NCBI GenBank assembly: GCA_037382865.1
Contig: JARRPM010000010.1
Coordinates: 4,454-68,453, forward strand
DNA from: Halioglobus sp.
Lineage (GTDB): Bacteria; Pseudomonadota; Gammaproteobacteria; Pseudomonadales; Halieaceae
Length of the DNA stretch: 64,000 nucleotides
Direction: 5' to 3'
Positions within the stretch are counted from its first letter, which is position 1. Every line of letters starts with the position of its first letter. Positions 13,179 to 22,323 of the stretch are shown piece after piece. Made by a program: the position numbers and the translations under genes. Below the pieces are notes generated by a model. It saw only the letters and a program-made list of their open reading frames with translations. It did not search any database and was not told the DNA's origin.

Positions 13179-14261
13179 CTAGCGCAACTTCAGGGTGGCC
13201 AGCCCGAACAGGACCAGCATCACCGTTATGATCCAGAAACGGACGATGACCCGCGGCTCCGGCCACCCCTTGAGTTCGTAGTGGTGGTGAATCGGCGCCA
13301 TGCGGAAGATCCGCTTGCCGGTCAGCTTGAACGAGGCCACCTGCAGGATGACCGAAACGGTCTCCAGCACGAAGATGCCCCCCATGATGAAAAACACGAT
13401 CTCGTGGCGGGTGATCACCGCCACGGTGCCCAGGGCCGCACCCAGCGCCAGGGCGCCCACGTCGCCCATGAAGACCTGGGCGGGGTAGGTGTTGAACCAC
13501 AGAAAGCCGAGGCCGGCCCCGGCGATCGCCCCGCAGAAGACCGCCAGCTCCCCGCTCCCGGCGACATAGGGAATGTGCAGGTATTCGGCGAAGTCCACGT
13601 GGCCGGTGAGGTAGGCGATGATGCCGAGGGCGGTGCCGACCATGACCGTCGGCAGGATGGCGAGCCCGTCCAGGCCGTCGGTGAGGTTCACCGCATTGCT
13701 GGCGCCGACGATGACGAAGTAGGCGAGCAGGATGAACAGGGGGCCCATGGACCAGGCGAAATCCTTGAAAAACGGAATATAGAGCTGGGTGGTGACCGGG
13801 GTATCGAAGGCGAAGTAGAGGTAGAGCGCCGCCGCGAGGCCCGCCACCGACTGCCAGAAATACTTCCACCGCGCCGGCAGGCCACGGGAATCGCGCTCGA
13901 CGACCTTGCGATAGTCGTCGACCCAGCCCACCGCACCGAACACCGCGGTGACCAGCAGCGCGATCCACAGGTAGGGGTTGCGCAGGTCGCCCCACAGCAG
14001 CGTCGAGAAACCGATCGCCACCAGGATCAGGGCGCCGCCCATGGTGGGTGTCCCGGATTTGGTGAGGTGGCTCTGGGGGCCGTCGTCGCGGACCGACTGC
14101 CCCACCTGGTAGAGGTTGAGGCGCCGGATCATCGCCGGGCCCACCAGCAGAGAGATCGCCAGCGCGGTCCCCGCGGCGAGGATGCCACGCAGGGTGAGGT
14201 ACTGGACCACCTGGAAGGCGTTCTCGAACTGCTTCAGGTATTCCGCGAGCAGCAACAGCAT
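13179..14261 (-). CDS. mraY: Phospho-N-acetylmuramoyl-pentapeptide transferase
   Basis: 360 aa. [29 protein letters not shown]... is a canonical MraY N-terminus, and the protein is polytopic. Confidence 0.95.
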   Translation of the reverse strand: MLLLLAEYLKQFENAFQVVQYLTLRGILAAGTALAISLLVGPAMIRRLNLYQVGQSVRDDGPQSHLTKSGTPTMGGALILVAIGFSTLLWGDLRNPYLWIALLVTAVFGAVGWVDDYRKVVERDSRGLPARWKYFWQSVAGLAAALYLYFAFDTPVTTQLYIPFFKDFAWSMGPLFILLAYFVIVGASNAVNLTDGLDGLAILPTVMVGTALGIIAYLTGHVDFAEYLHIPYVAGSGELAVFCGAIAGAGLGFLWFNTYPAQVFMGDVGALALGAALGTVAVITRHEIVFFIMGGIFVLETVSVILQVASFKLTGKRIFRMAPIHHHYELKGWPEPRVIVRFWIITVMLVLFGLATLKLR

Positions 14262-14263
14262 GG

Positions 14264-15628
14264 TCAGCCCTCCTCCCCCTGCCCGTCCGCCAGCAGGGCG
14301 GCGAGCACCTGCTCCATCGCCGAGCCCCGGGAGCCCTTGACCAGCACCGTGTCATCGCTGCCGAATTCACCCGGCAGCGCCGCGACCGCCGCCGCCCGGT
14401 CCGGGAAATGGCGGCCGCCGGCGCCAAAGGCCTCCACTGCGGGAAGGAGCTCCTCCCCGACCCCCCAGAGCCGGTCGATGCCGGCACTGCGGGCGTAGTC
14501 TCCGACGTCGCGGTGCAGCGCCTCGCTCTCCGACCCCAGCTCCCGCATCGCCCCCAGCACCAGCGTGCGGCGCCCGTCGCAGCCGGCGAGAATATCGATG
14601 GCGGCGCGCACGGAGCCCGGGTTGGCGTTGTAGCAGTCGTCCACCACGGTGGCGCCCCCCGTGGAACGGCTCACCGCCAGGCGCCCGGAAACCGGCGCCG
14701 CCTCTGCCAGTCCCGCACCGATCTCCGCCAGGGAGAGCCCGCAGGCCAGGCCCACGGCGGTGGCCGCCAGGGCGTTGGCGACGTTGTGCACCCCCGGCAG
14801 GCCCAGCTGCACGGCCATCTCGCCGGCCGGGGTGTGGGCGGTGAAACTGATCCCCGCGACGCCGTGGGAGCGGATGTCACTGGCACCGATCGCCGCCGGC
14901 TGCCGCAGCCCGAAATCGATCACCCTGGCCGGGGCGGCCCGTTCGCGCCATTGGCCCGCCCAGGACTGGTCCGCATTGATGACGGCGACGTCGTCGCTGC
15001 CCAGGCCGTCGAAGATCTCACCCTTGGCCGCGGCAATCCCCTCGGCGCTGCCGAAACTCTCGAGGTGGGCCCACATGGCGTTGAGCAGCAGCGCCACCGT
15101 GGGTTGCCCCAGCTCGCACAGCCAGGCGATGTCCCCGGCCCGCGCCGCGCCCATCTCCACCACCGCGAAGCGGTGTTCAGGAGTCAGGCGCAGCAGGGTG
15201 AGGGGCACCCCGATCTCGTTGTTGAAGTTGCCCTCGGTGGCGAGGGTCTCGCCGCGCTGCGCCAGCACGGCGCGCACCATGTTCTTGACCGTGGTCTTGC
15301 CGCTGCTGCCGGTAATGGCCACCAGCGGACCGCGGTACAGGGCGCGATTGCAGGCGCCCAGCCGACCCAGGGCCGTCTGGGTATCGGCCACCTGCAGCAG
15401 GGAGAGCGAAGTCTCGACCTCGCGGCTGACCAGGGCGCCCGCGGCGCCTGCGACCGCCGCCTGGGCCAGGTAGTCATGGCCGTCGAAACGCTCCCCGCAA
15501 AGGGCCACGAACAGGTCACCCGCCTGCACGTTGCGGCTGTCGGTGGTGACGCCGCGGATCTCCCGATCGTCGCCAAGGAGCGCTGCCCCCAGCGGCCCTG
15601 CCAGCTCTGACAACTGCATGGGGCGCAT
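14264..15628 (-). CDS. murF: UDP-N-acetylmuramoyl-tripeptide--D-alanyl-D-alanine ligase
   Basis: About 454 aa with the Mur ligase P-loop [13 protein letters not shown]. Its start overlaps the murE stop. Confidence 0.92.
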   Translation of the reverse strand: MRPMQLSELAGPLGAALLGDDREIRGVTTDSRNVQAGDLFVALCGERFDGHDYLAQAAVAGAAGALVSREVETSLSLLQVADTQTALGRLGACNRALYRGPLVAITGSSGKTTVKNMVRAVLAQRGETLATEGNFNNEIGVPLTLLRLTPEHRFAVVEMGAARAGDIAWLCELGQPTVALLLNAMWAHLESFGSAEGIAAAKGEIFDGLGSDDVAVINADQSWAGQWRERAAPARVIDFGLRQPAAIGASDIRSHGVAGISFTAHTPAGEMAVQLGLPGVHNVANALAATAVGLACGLSLAEIGAGLAEAAPVSGRLAVSRSTGGATVVDDCYNANPGSVRAAIDILAGCDGRRTLVLGAMRELGSESEALHRDVGDYARSAGIDRLWGVGEELLPAVEAFGAGGRHFPDRAAAVAALPGEFGSDDTVLVKGSRGSAMEQVLAALLADGQGEEG

Positions 15629-17106
15629 CACGATGCCGCCCTCCGGGCCAGGGCAGCCTGCGCCACCGCCACGTCGCTGAAGGGCAGCCGCACGCCCTCC
15701 ACGATCTGGTAATCCTCGTGGCCCTTGCCGGCGATCACGATGCAGTCCCCGGGCCGCGCCTCGGCCAGGGCCAGGCCGATCGCCTCGGCCCGGTCCGTCA
15801 CCAGGGTGTAGTCGCCGCTGCAGCCGGACTCGATATCCCGCAGGATCTGCACCGGGTTCTCACTGCGGGGATTGTCGCTGGTGACGATCACGCGATCGGA
15901 CAGCAGGCAGGCGATCCGGCCCATGAGCTGCCGCTTGTCCCGGTCCCGGTCGCCGCCGCAGCCGAACACCGTGACCAGGGCGCCGTCCACGTGGTCGCGC
16001 AGGGCGCGCAGCACCTGTTCCAGGGCGTCCGGGGTGTGGGCGTAATCGACGATCACCTGCAGTCCCGCCCCGTTGGGAAGCGACTGCATGCGCCCCGGCA
16101 CGGGCTGCAGGCGGGCGATCGCCGCCAGCAGCGCCTCCAGCTTTTCACCCGCCAGGGCCAGGGCAGCGACCGCCGCGGCGAGGTTGGCCAGGTTGAAGTC
16201 CCCGGGCAGCGGGCTGTCGAACCGGCCGTACCCCCAGGGGCTGTGGAACTCCGCCGCGACGCCGCCCGCGTGCCAGGAGGGGTTCTCGACCCGCACCTGT
16301 GCCGGGGCGCCCCGGGTGGAGCAGGTCACCACTTCGACCCCCTCCCCCACCGCTGCCTGCACCTGGCCGGCAAACTCGTCGTCGACATTGATCACCGCAT
16401 GGCGCAGCCCCTCGCTGGTGAACAGGCGCAGCTTGGCCCGCCCGTAGGCGTCCATGCTGCCGTGGAAATCGAGGTGGTCATGGGAGAGGTTGGTGTAGAC
16501 GGCGGTCTCGAATTCAATGCCATTGACCCGCTCCTGCACCAGGGCGTGGGACGAGACCTCCATGCCCACCACGTCGACGCCGAGGTCGCGCCACGCCGCG
16601 AGCTGGCGCTGCAGGGAGACGGGGTCCGGTGTTGTATTGCCTGCCTCGGCGATGTCGTCGCCGAGGGTCGCGCCGAGGGTGCCGATCACGCCGCAGCGCC
16701 TGCCCAGGAGGCGCCCGAGCTGGGCCACGAGGCGGGTGGTGGTGGTCTTGCCGTTGGTGCCGGTGACCCCGACCACGTGCAGCTCCCGACTGGGGTGGCC
16801 ATAGAAGCGGGCCGCCAGCGGACCCGCCTCCCGGCGCAGCTCGGGGATTTCGATGAGGGGCACGGCAAGCGCATCGACGAAGCCCGCCGCCGGCGCCTCC
16901 GCCGCCACCGCCGCGGCCCCGTTCGCCACCGCCTGCTCGATAAACTGGCGACCGTCATGCAGCTCCCCGGGGATGGCCAGGAACAGGTCCCCGGCCTGGA
17001 CCGTGCGGCTGTCCAGCTGCATGCCGCTGATCATCACCCCGGCGCCGGGGCAGGCGGGGTGGTCGAACAGTTCTGCCAGGGGCATGGGGGCGGCGGGCAC
17101 GGTCAC
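15628..17106 (-). CDS. murE: UDP-N-acetylmuramoyl-L-alanyl-D-glutamate--2,6-diaminopimelate ligase
   Basis: 492 aa. The GTG start overlaps the ftsI stop (GTGA). VTGTNGKTTTTRL is the P-loop and DNPR lies near the C-terminus. Confidence 0.93.
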   Translation of the reverse strand: MTVPAAPMPLAELFDHPACPGAGVMISGMQLDSRTVQAGDLFLAIPGELHDGRQFIEQAVANGAAAVAAEAPAAGFVDALAVPLIEIPELRREAGPLAARFYGHPSRELHVVGVTGTNGKTTTTRLVAQLGRLLGRRCGVIGTLGATLGDDIAEAGNTTPDPVSLQRQLAAWRDLGVDVVGMEVSSHALVQERVNGIEFETAVYTNLSHDHLDFHGSMDAYGRAKLRLFTSEGLRHAVINVDDEFAGQVQAAVGEGVEVVTCSTRGAPAQVRVENPSWHAGGVAAEFHSPWGYGRFDSPLPGDFNLANLAAAVAALALAGEKLEALLAAIARLQPVPGRMQSLPNGAGLQVIVDYAHTPDALEQVLRALRDHVDGALVTVFGCGGDRDRDKRQLMGRIACLLSDRVIVTSDNPRSENPVQILRDIESGCSGDYTLVTDRAEAIGLALAEARPGDCIVIAGKGHEDYQIVEGVRLPFSDVAVAQAALARRAAS

Positions 17107-18830
17107 GTCGCCCCCCCGTCCACCGCCGCCTGGGCGGCGATGACATCGCTTGTCTCGGTCGGCGGGACGCTGAGCAGGCGCAGGGCGCCGCGCGTCACCG
17201 TGGAAAAGACCGGGGCCGCCGCGGCGCCGCCGCCGTAGGCCTCGCCCTTGGGGTCGTTGATGACCACCACGGTCACCAGGCGCGGGTCGTTGACCGGTGC
17301 GATCCCGGCAAACAGGGCCACGTAGGCGTCGTCGATATAGCCCTGGGCGCCCACCTTGTGCACCGTGCCGGTCTTGCCGCCGACCCGGTAGCCCGGGACG
17401 CGCGCCTTGCGCGCGGTGCCGTTGTCGCCGGTCACCCGCTCCAGCACCTTCAGCACCTCTGCCGCGATCTCCGGCGCCACCACCTGCTCCCCGGGGGGCA
17501 GCTCACCCTCCAGCGCCAGCAGGGAGACCGGTTGGCGCACCCCGCCGTTGGCAAAGACGCTGTAGGCGTGAGCGAGCTGCAGCGGGGTGGCGGTGAGCCC
17601 GTAACCGAACGCCAGGGAGACCTTCTCGGTGGCGTACCAGCGCGCCCGGTTGGGCAGCACGCCCGCGCTCTCGCCGGGAAAGCCGGTGCCAGGGGGCTGG
17701 CCGATTCCGAAGCGCTGGAAGACATCGCGGATGGGCTCGTGCCCGATATCGAGGGCAATCTTGGTCACCCCCACCTGGCTCGATTTCTCGATCACCCGGG
17801 ACACGGTGATCTGGCCGTAGTCGCGGGGATCCGGGTAGACCTTCGGCCCCACCCGGATGCGGCCGGGCGAGGTGTCGATGATCGTCTCGGTGGTGTAGCG
17901 GCCGCTCTCCAGCGCCGCGACCAGGGTCAGGGTCTTCATGGTCGAGCCGGGCTCGTAGACATCGGTTATGGCCCGGTTGCGCATGGCGGCCGCATCCATG
18001 CCCTTGCGGCTGTTGGGGTTGTAGACCGGGTAATTGACCATGGCCAGCACCTCGCCGGTGTGGCTGTCCAGGGTGACGATCGAACCGGAGCTGGCGCCGC
18101 TGGCGGTCACCGCCTTCTGCAGCTCCCGGTGCTGCAGGTACTGCAGGCGCAGGTCGATGCTCAGGTGCAGGTCCCGGCCCGGACGGGCCTGCTCCACCAC
18201 CCCGATATCCCGCACCACCTCGCCGTGCAGGTCCTTGATGTACTGGCGCTTGCCCGGCACTCCGCGCAGCCAGTCGTCGTAGGCCAGCTCGAGGCCGGCT
18301 ATCCCCTCCTCATCCACGTTGGTGAAGCCGACCAGCTGGGCCGCCACCTCGCCGGCGGGGTAGAACCGGCGGTACTCCCGCTCGCCGTGGACGCCGGGGA
18401 TGCGCAGGGCGAGGATCTCCCGCGCCTCCGCGGGCACCCGGTGGCGCTGCAGGTACATGAACTGCCGGCCCTCGTAGCGGGCCAGCTTCGACTGCAGCGT
18501 CGCCAGCTCCATGCCGAGGGCCCGGGCCAGCTCCCCGAGCCGCTCCGAACCTTGCAGCTCCCCGGGATTGGCCCACAGGGAGATCACCGGGGTGCTGACC
18601 GCCAGCGGCTCCCCGCGGCGGTCGGAGATGACTCCGCGCCAGGCCGGAATTTCCGCGGTGCGCACAGCGCGCATCGCGCCCTGGTCCTGGAGGAAGGCCC
18701 GCCCGCGCCCGGTGTCGAGCACCTGCAGGGAGACCACCCGACCCACCAGCAGCGCCAGCAGCGCGCAGAGCACGCCGAGCACCGCGTAAAATCGCCAGAG
18801 GCTCTCGGGCTTCTTCTTCGCCCGCTTCAT
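17103..18830 (-). CDS. ftsI: Peptidoglycan D,D-transpeptidase FtsI (PBP3)
   Basis: Start at ATG 18830 (MKRAKKKPESLWRFYAVLGVL...) overlaps the ftsL stop. SxxK is GSTMK and the KTG box is GGKTGTV. The upstream extension to 19202 is junk overlapping ftsL. Confidence 0.92.
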   Translation of the reverse strand: MKRAKKKPESLWRFYAVLGVLCALLALLVGRVVSLQVLDTGRGRAFLQDQGAMRAVRTAEIPAWRGVISDRRGEPLAVSTPVISLWANPGELQGSERLGELARALGMELATLQSKLARYEGRQFMYLQRHRVPAEAREILALRIPGVHGEREYRRFYPAGEVAAQLVGFTNVDEEGIAGLELAYDDWLRGVPGKRQYIKDLHGEVVRDIGVVEQARPGRDLHLSIDLRLQYLQHRELQKAVTASGASSGSIVTLDSHTGEVLAMVNYPVYNPNSRKGMDAAAMRNRAITDVYEPGSTMKTLTLVAALESGRYTTETIIDTSPGRIRVGPKVYPDPRDYGQITVSRVIEKSSQVGVTKIALDIGHEPIRDVFQRFGIGQPPGTGFPGESAGVLPNRARWYATEKVSLAFGYGLTATPLQLAHAYSVFANGGVRQPVSLLALEGELPPGEQVVAPEIAAEVLKVLERVTGDNGTARKARVPGYRVGGKTGTVHKVGAQGYIDDAYVALFAGIAPVNDPRLVTVVVINDPKGEAYGGGAAAAPVFSTVTRGALRLLSVPPTETSDVIAAQAAVDGGAT

Positions 18831-19144
18831 CGCGGCAGCACCGTAAACCGGGTCGGGTCCGGAGCGCGCATGCCCAGGTCGCCGCGGGCCACTTTCTCCA
18901 CCCGGTGATGCGAGCCCCAGGTGCTCTGCTCCAGCAACAGGCGGCCGTAGTCCTCCTGCAGCTGCCAGTGGCTCGCCTCCAGGTCCTGCAGGCGGGTGTG
19001 CAGCTCGCGGCAGGCGTGCGTGGAGTGAATGATGCCGAAGGCGGACGCCAGCGCCAGCGCCAGCACCAGGGCGGCGGAGCCGACCAGCCCCCGCGGCGCC
19101 TGCCTGTCGCGACCGCCGGGAGCCTTTGTCACCATCCTGCCCAT
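18827..19144 (-). CDS. ftsL: Cell division protein FtsL
   Basis: About 105 aa, with one TM segment (SAALVLALALASAFGIIH) followed by a leucine-zipper-like coiled coil. It lies between rsmH and ftsI. The start could be ATG 19144 or GTG 19150. Confidence 0.8.
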   Translation of the reverse strand: MGRMVTKAPGGRDRQAPRGLVGSAALVLALALASAFGIIHSTHACRELHTRLQDLEASHWQLQEDYGRLLLEQSTWGSHHRVEKVARGDLGMRAPDPTRFTVLPR

Positions 19145-19152
19145 CGCCACCC

Positions 19153-20070
19153 TCAGCTGATCTTTTCCGCCACGCGCATGATCGCACTGCGCGCCCGTAC
19201 ATTCTGTTTGACCTCGTCGGCGGAGGCTTTCACCGCCTTGCCCACAATTTTCATGCGCCGGTTAAAGGCGCTATCCGGTACCGGCAAGCCGGCCGGATAG
19301 CGCTCGCCCCTGGCCATGTCGCGCATGTAGCGCTTCACCAGTCGGTCCTCGAGCGAGTGAAAGCTGATCACCACCAGCCTTCCGCCCACCCGCAGCATGT
19401 CAAGCGCGCCGTGGAGCAGATCTTCCAGATCCTCCAGTTCGCGGTTGACCTTGATTCGAATCGCCTGAAAGGCGCGGGTCGCGGGGTGCTTGTGCTTCTC
19501 CCACCGCGGGTTGGCCTCGCTCACGACGCGCGCGAGTCGCCCGGTGGTGCTGATGGGCGCCTCCGCCCGCGCGGCGACGATGGCACCGGCGATGCGCCGG
19601 GCGAAGCGCTCCTCCCCGTACTCCCGCAATACCTCGATGATCTCCTGTTCCCCCGCGTGGGATAGCCACTCGGCGGCCGTCTCGCCGCGGGAGGTGTCCA
19701 TGCGCATGTCCAGCGGCCCGTCGTGCTGGAAGCTGAAGCCGCGCCCGGCCTCGTCCAGCTGCGGGCTGGAGACCCCGAGATCCAGCAGAATGCCATCAAC
19801 CGCGTCGATCCCCATCCGACGCAGTTGATGGGGAAGCTGAGCGAAGGAACCGTGATAGAAGACAAAACGGGAATCGCTCTTTTCCAACTCTTCGGCGCAG
19901 GCGCTGGCGGCGGGATCCTTGTCCACACCCAGCACCCGCCCGTCACCGTCCAGTCGCTCCAGCAGATAACGGCTGTGACCGCCGCGACCGAAGGTCCCGT
20001 CCACGTAGAAACCACTCGGGGTCGTCACCAGAGCCTCAACCGCCTCTCGCATCAGGACTGTCTGGTGCAT
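19153..20070 (-). CDS. rsmH: 16S rRNA (cytosine1402-N4)-methyltransferase
   Basis: [24 protein letters not shown] is the RsmH/MraW signature, with ATG at 20070. Confidence 0.93.
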   Translation of the reverse strand: MHQTVLMREAVEALVTTPSGFYVDGTFGRGGHSRYLLERLDGDGRVLGVDKDPAASACAEELEKSDSRFVFYHGSFAQLPHQLRRMGIDAVDGILLDLGVSSPQLDEAGRGFSFQHDGPLDMRMDTSRGETAAEWLSHAGEQEIIEVLREYGEERFARRIAGAIVAARAEAPISTTGRLARVVSEANPRWEKHKHPATRAFQAIRIKVNRELEDLEDLLHGALDMLRVGGRLVVISFHSLEDRLVKRYMRDMARGERYPAGLPVPDSAFNRRMKIVGKAVKASADEVKQNVRARSAIMRVAEKIS

Positions 20071-20079
20071 GGTGCCCAC

Positions 20080-20535
20080 CTACAGGTTCAGGGACGTCAA
20101 TTCGTCAGGCAGTTCGGCGTCTCCAAGGGACTCCTGCAGCGCCTGCTCGCGCTCCGCCAGCCACAGGGCCTCGGACCACAACTCCAGCTTGTTGCCCTGC
20201 CCCACCAGCACCAGCTTCTTGTCCGCCTGGGCGTACTCGCGCAGGGGCTGCGGCAGCAGCATGCGGCCGTTGCCGTCCAGCTCGACGTCGGTGGCATAAC
20301 CGAGCACCAGGCGCTGGAAGCGCTTGACGGCCGGCTTGAGACCGGGAAGGCTCTGGACCTCCTGCTCGATGCGCTCCCATTCGGGCAGGGGGTAGATGAC
20401 GAGACAGGGGGACTGGGTATCGATGGTGACCACGATCTGGCCATTGCATTGGGACAGCAGGGGCTCGCGCTGGCGCGTGGGGATCGCCAGGCGACCCTTC
20501 GCATCCATATTGATGTGCTGCACTCCGCGAAACAC
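20080..20535 (-). CDS. mraZ: Transcriptional regulator MraZ
   Basis: (V->M)FRGVQHINMDAKGRLAIPTRQRE is the conserved MraZ N-terminus, so I prefer GTG 20535. The track ORF starts at GTG 20550. There are two SpoVT/AbrB-like halves. Confidence 0.9.
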   Translation of the reverse strand: MFRGVQHINMDAKGRLAIPTRQREPLLSQCNGQIVVTIDTQSPCLVIYPLPEWERIEQEVQSLPGLKPAVKRFQRLVLGYATDVELDGNGRMLLPQPLREYAQADKKLVLVGQGNKLELWSEALWLAEREQALQESLGDAELPDELTSLNL

Positions 20536-20576
20536 GCCAGCTTTCCCCACTCGCCCGGCTAGTCAACCCACAAAAA

Positions 20577-20639
20577 GCCAGAATTATTCACTTTTACCCA
20601 CTTTTCGACACTATAGGGCCGCAACGGAGAGAGTGTCAA
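20577..20639 (-). promoter_or_regulatory. Putative Pmra (dcw cluster) sigma70 promoter with three MraZ-type direct repeats
   Basis: Minus strand reads TTGACA (20639..20634), an 18-nt spacer, then TATAGT (20615..20610). Downstream come GTGGG (20601..20597), GTGAA (20591..20587) and CTGGC (20581..20577) at exact 10-nt phasing. This resembles the TGGGN repeat operator described for E. coli MraZ. Confidence 0.5.
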
Positions 20640-20896
20640 GCGAGGCGGACTCAAAAAACGTTTTAATTTCAGCTAATTAGCGGCGATTTTGCGGCCGGCG
20701 AGACAGGTTTCGACAATATGGGTCTAACCAAAAAATGTCACAAAACAGACCAGTAACCTGTCTTATTGAGGATTTACTTTAAGTTACAGTCTATTTTTTT
20801 CTTTGGGAAAGGCCGTTTAGCAGGAATCGATATAACGAAACGGGACAGGCGGCAGGGATCCGCGGGCCCGTCGGGCCCGCGTCCTGCTATTAAAAA

Positions 20897-21300
20897 GAAG
20901 TGAGTCGGTCGATAAGCCGGGTTCTGTCGTGGACGACCATTCATCTGCGACAGGTGTCACCACCTGCCTGTAGCGACCTACCCGAATCCACTGCGGGCCA
21001 CAGCTGACGGATTCCTATTTGGTCTTGCTCCGGATGGGGTTTACCATCGCCACGCCTGTTGCCAGCCGCGCGGTGCGCTCTTACCGCACCATTTCACCCT
21101 TACCCGACCACACGGGTGTGCTCGGGCGGTATACTTTCTGTTGCACTTTCCGTAGGCTCGCGCCCCCCAGGTGTTACCTGGCATCCTGCCCTGTGGAGCC
21201 CGGACTTTCCTCCCCCAGCCACTCACCCCTGCGGGCCGTCACGCGGCGGGGCAACAGACCCCCACGGGTGAGTGGCTGGAAGCGGTCGCCTGACCGACTC
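20897..21300 (-). ncRNA. rnpB: RNase P RNA, bacterial type A (M1 RNA)
   Basis: The reverse complement contains the universally conserved blocks GGAGGAAAGTCCGGGCTCCACAGGGCAGG.TGCCAGGTAAC, GGTAAGGGTGAAA.GGTGCGGTAAGAGCGCACC and ACAGAACCCGGCTTATCG. P1 pairing is 5' GAGTCGGTC with 3' GACCGACTC. Ends are +/- a few nt. Confidence 0.92.
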
Positions 21301-21307
21301 GGGGCCA

Positions 21308-21336
21308 AGGGTACAGGGGCAGCCCCTCCCCGGCAA
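21308..21336 (-). promoter_or_regulatory. Putative sigma70 promoter of rnpB
   Basis: Minus strand reads TTGCCG (21336..21331), a 17-nt spacer, TACCCT (21313..21308), then 7 nt to the G at 21300 that opens the P1 helix. Confidence 0.4.
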
Positions 21337-21348
21337 GGCGATTGTCCG

Positions 21349-22194
21349 TCACTCCTGGGAGGATTCCCCGGCGTGCAGCAGGTAGTCGTAGAGGTCGTTC
21401 CTGCGCAGCCCGGCCCAGTCCGCCACCACCGCCGCGGCGCGCCGGGCCGGCAGTTCCCTGGCCAGGCGCCGGAGCAGATCGGCCAGCTCGGGACTGAGGG
21501 TCGCGGCATCCTTCTCCCGGCCGGCGACCAGCAGGACGATCTCGCCGCGCTGCTGGTTCGGGTCGGCGCCGACGAAATCCAGCAGTTCGGCCAGGGTGCC
21601 GCGCCGGACCGTCTCGAAGGTCTTGGTAAGCTCTCTCGCCAGCACCGCCTCGCGCCGCCCCCCCAGCGCTCCCACCATCGCCTGGAGGCTCTCCCGCACC
21701 CGGTGCGGCGCCTCGTAGAACACGAGCGTGGCCGTCTCCCCGGCCAGCGCTGCAAGGCGCCTCTCCCGGGCGCCGGCCCTGGAGGGCAGGAATCCCTCGA
21801 ACAGGAACCGGTCGGTCGGGAGGCCGGAGACGCTGAGCGCCGCGACGGCGGCGCAGGGGCCCGGTACCGGGCGCACCACAAAGCCGCGGGACTGCACGTA
21901 ACGCAGCAGGCGGTAGCCGGGGTCGGAGATCAACGGCGTACCGGCATCGGAGACCAGCGCCACCGTGCCGCCCCCGGCCAGGCACTCCCCGATCCGGGTC
22001 AGGTCGCGCTCGCCGCTGTGATCGTGGTAGGCCATGACCGGGGTATCGATCTGGAAGTGCTGCAGCAGACGCTGGCTGTGGCGCGTATCCTCCGCGGCGA
22101 TGAGGTCCGCCGCGCGCAGGACGGACACTGCCCGGAGGGAGAGGTCCTCGAGGTTCCCGATCGGCGTCGCCACAACATAGAGCCCCGAATCCAT
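21349..22194 (-). CDS. rsmI: 16S rRNA (cytidine1402-2'-O)-methyltransferase
   Basis: 281 aa. MDSGLYVVATPIGNLEDLSLRAVSVLRAADLIAAEDTRHS is the RsmI/tetrapyrrole-methylase-fold signature. Confidence 0.93.
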   Translation of the reverse strand: MDSGLYVVATPIGNLEDLSLRAVSVLRAADLIAAEDTRHSQRLLQHFQIDTPVMAYHDHSGERDLTRIGECLAGGGTVALVSDAGTPLISDPGYRLLRYVQSRGFVVRPVPGPCAAVAALSVSGLPTDRFLFEGFLPSRAGARERRLAALAGETATLVFYEAPHRVRESLQAMVGALGGRREAVLARELTKTFETVRRGTLAELLDFVGADPNQQRGEIVLLVAGREKDAATLSPELADLLRRLARELPARRAAAVVADWAGLRRNDLYDYLLHAGESSQE

Positions 22195-22323
22195 GTTTTC
22201 CCCTTATAATGTGCGCCGAGACGATGCTATGCCGCAGGCCTGGGACGACGCGGCCCCCTTCGCAGGGGGTCACGGCGAGACCGGCGGCAGGCAACAACAA
22301 ACGATAAACCGGTAAAGCATAGC

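Noticed and set aside
20872-20890. GC hairpin gcgggccc-gtc-gggcccgc just downstream of rnpB, as a rho-independent terminator
   Set aside because: The 8-bp stem is clear, but no U-tract follows on either strand. It may still be a processing or REP-like hairpin, but it cannot be called a terminator from sequence alone.
21019-22209. 396-aa plus-strand ORF, and minus-strand ORFs 21174-21881 and 21239-22360
   Set aside because: They span the RNase P RNA gene and alternative or antisense frames of rsmI. The region is fully explained by rnpB (conserved P4/P15 blocks) and the 281-aa RsmI frame.
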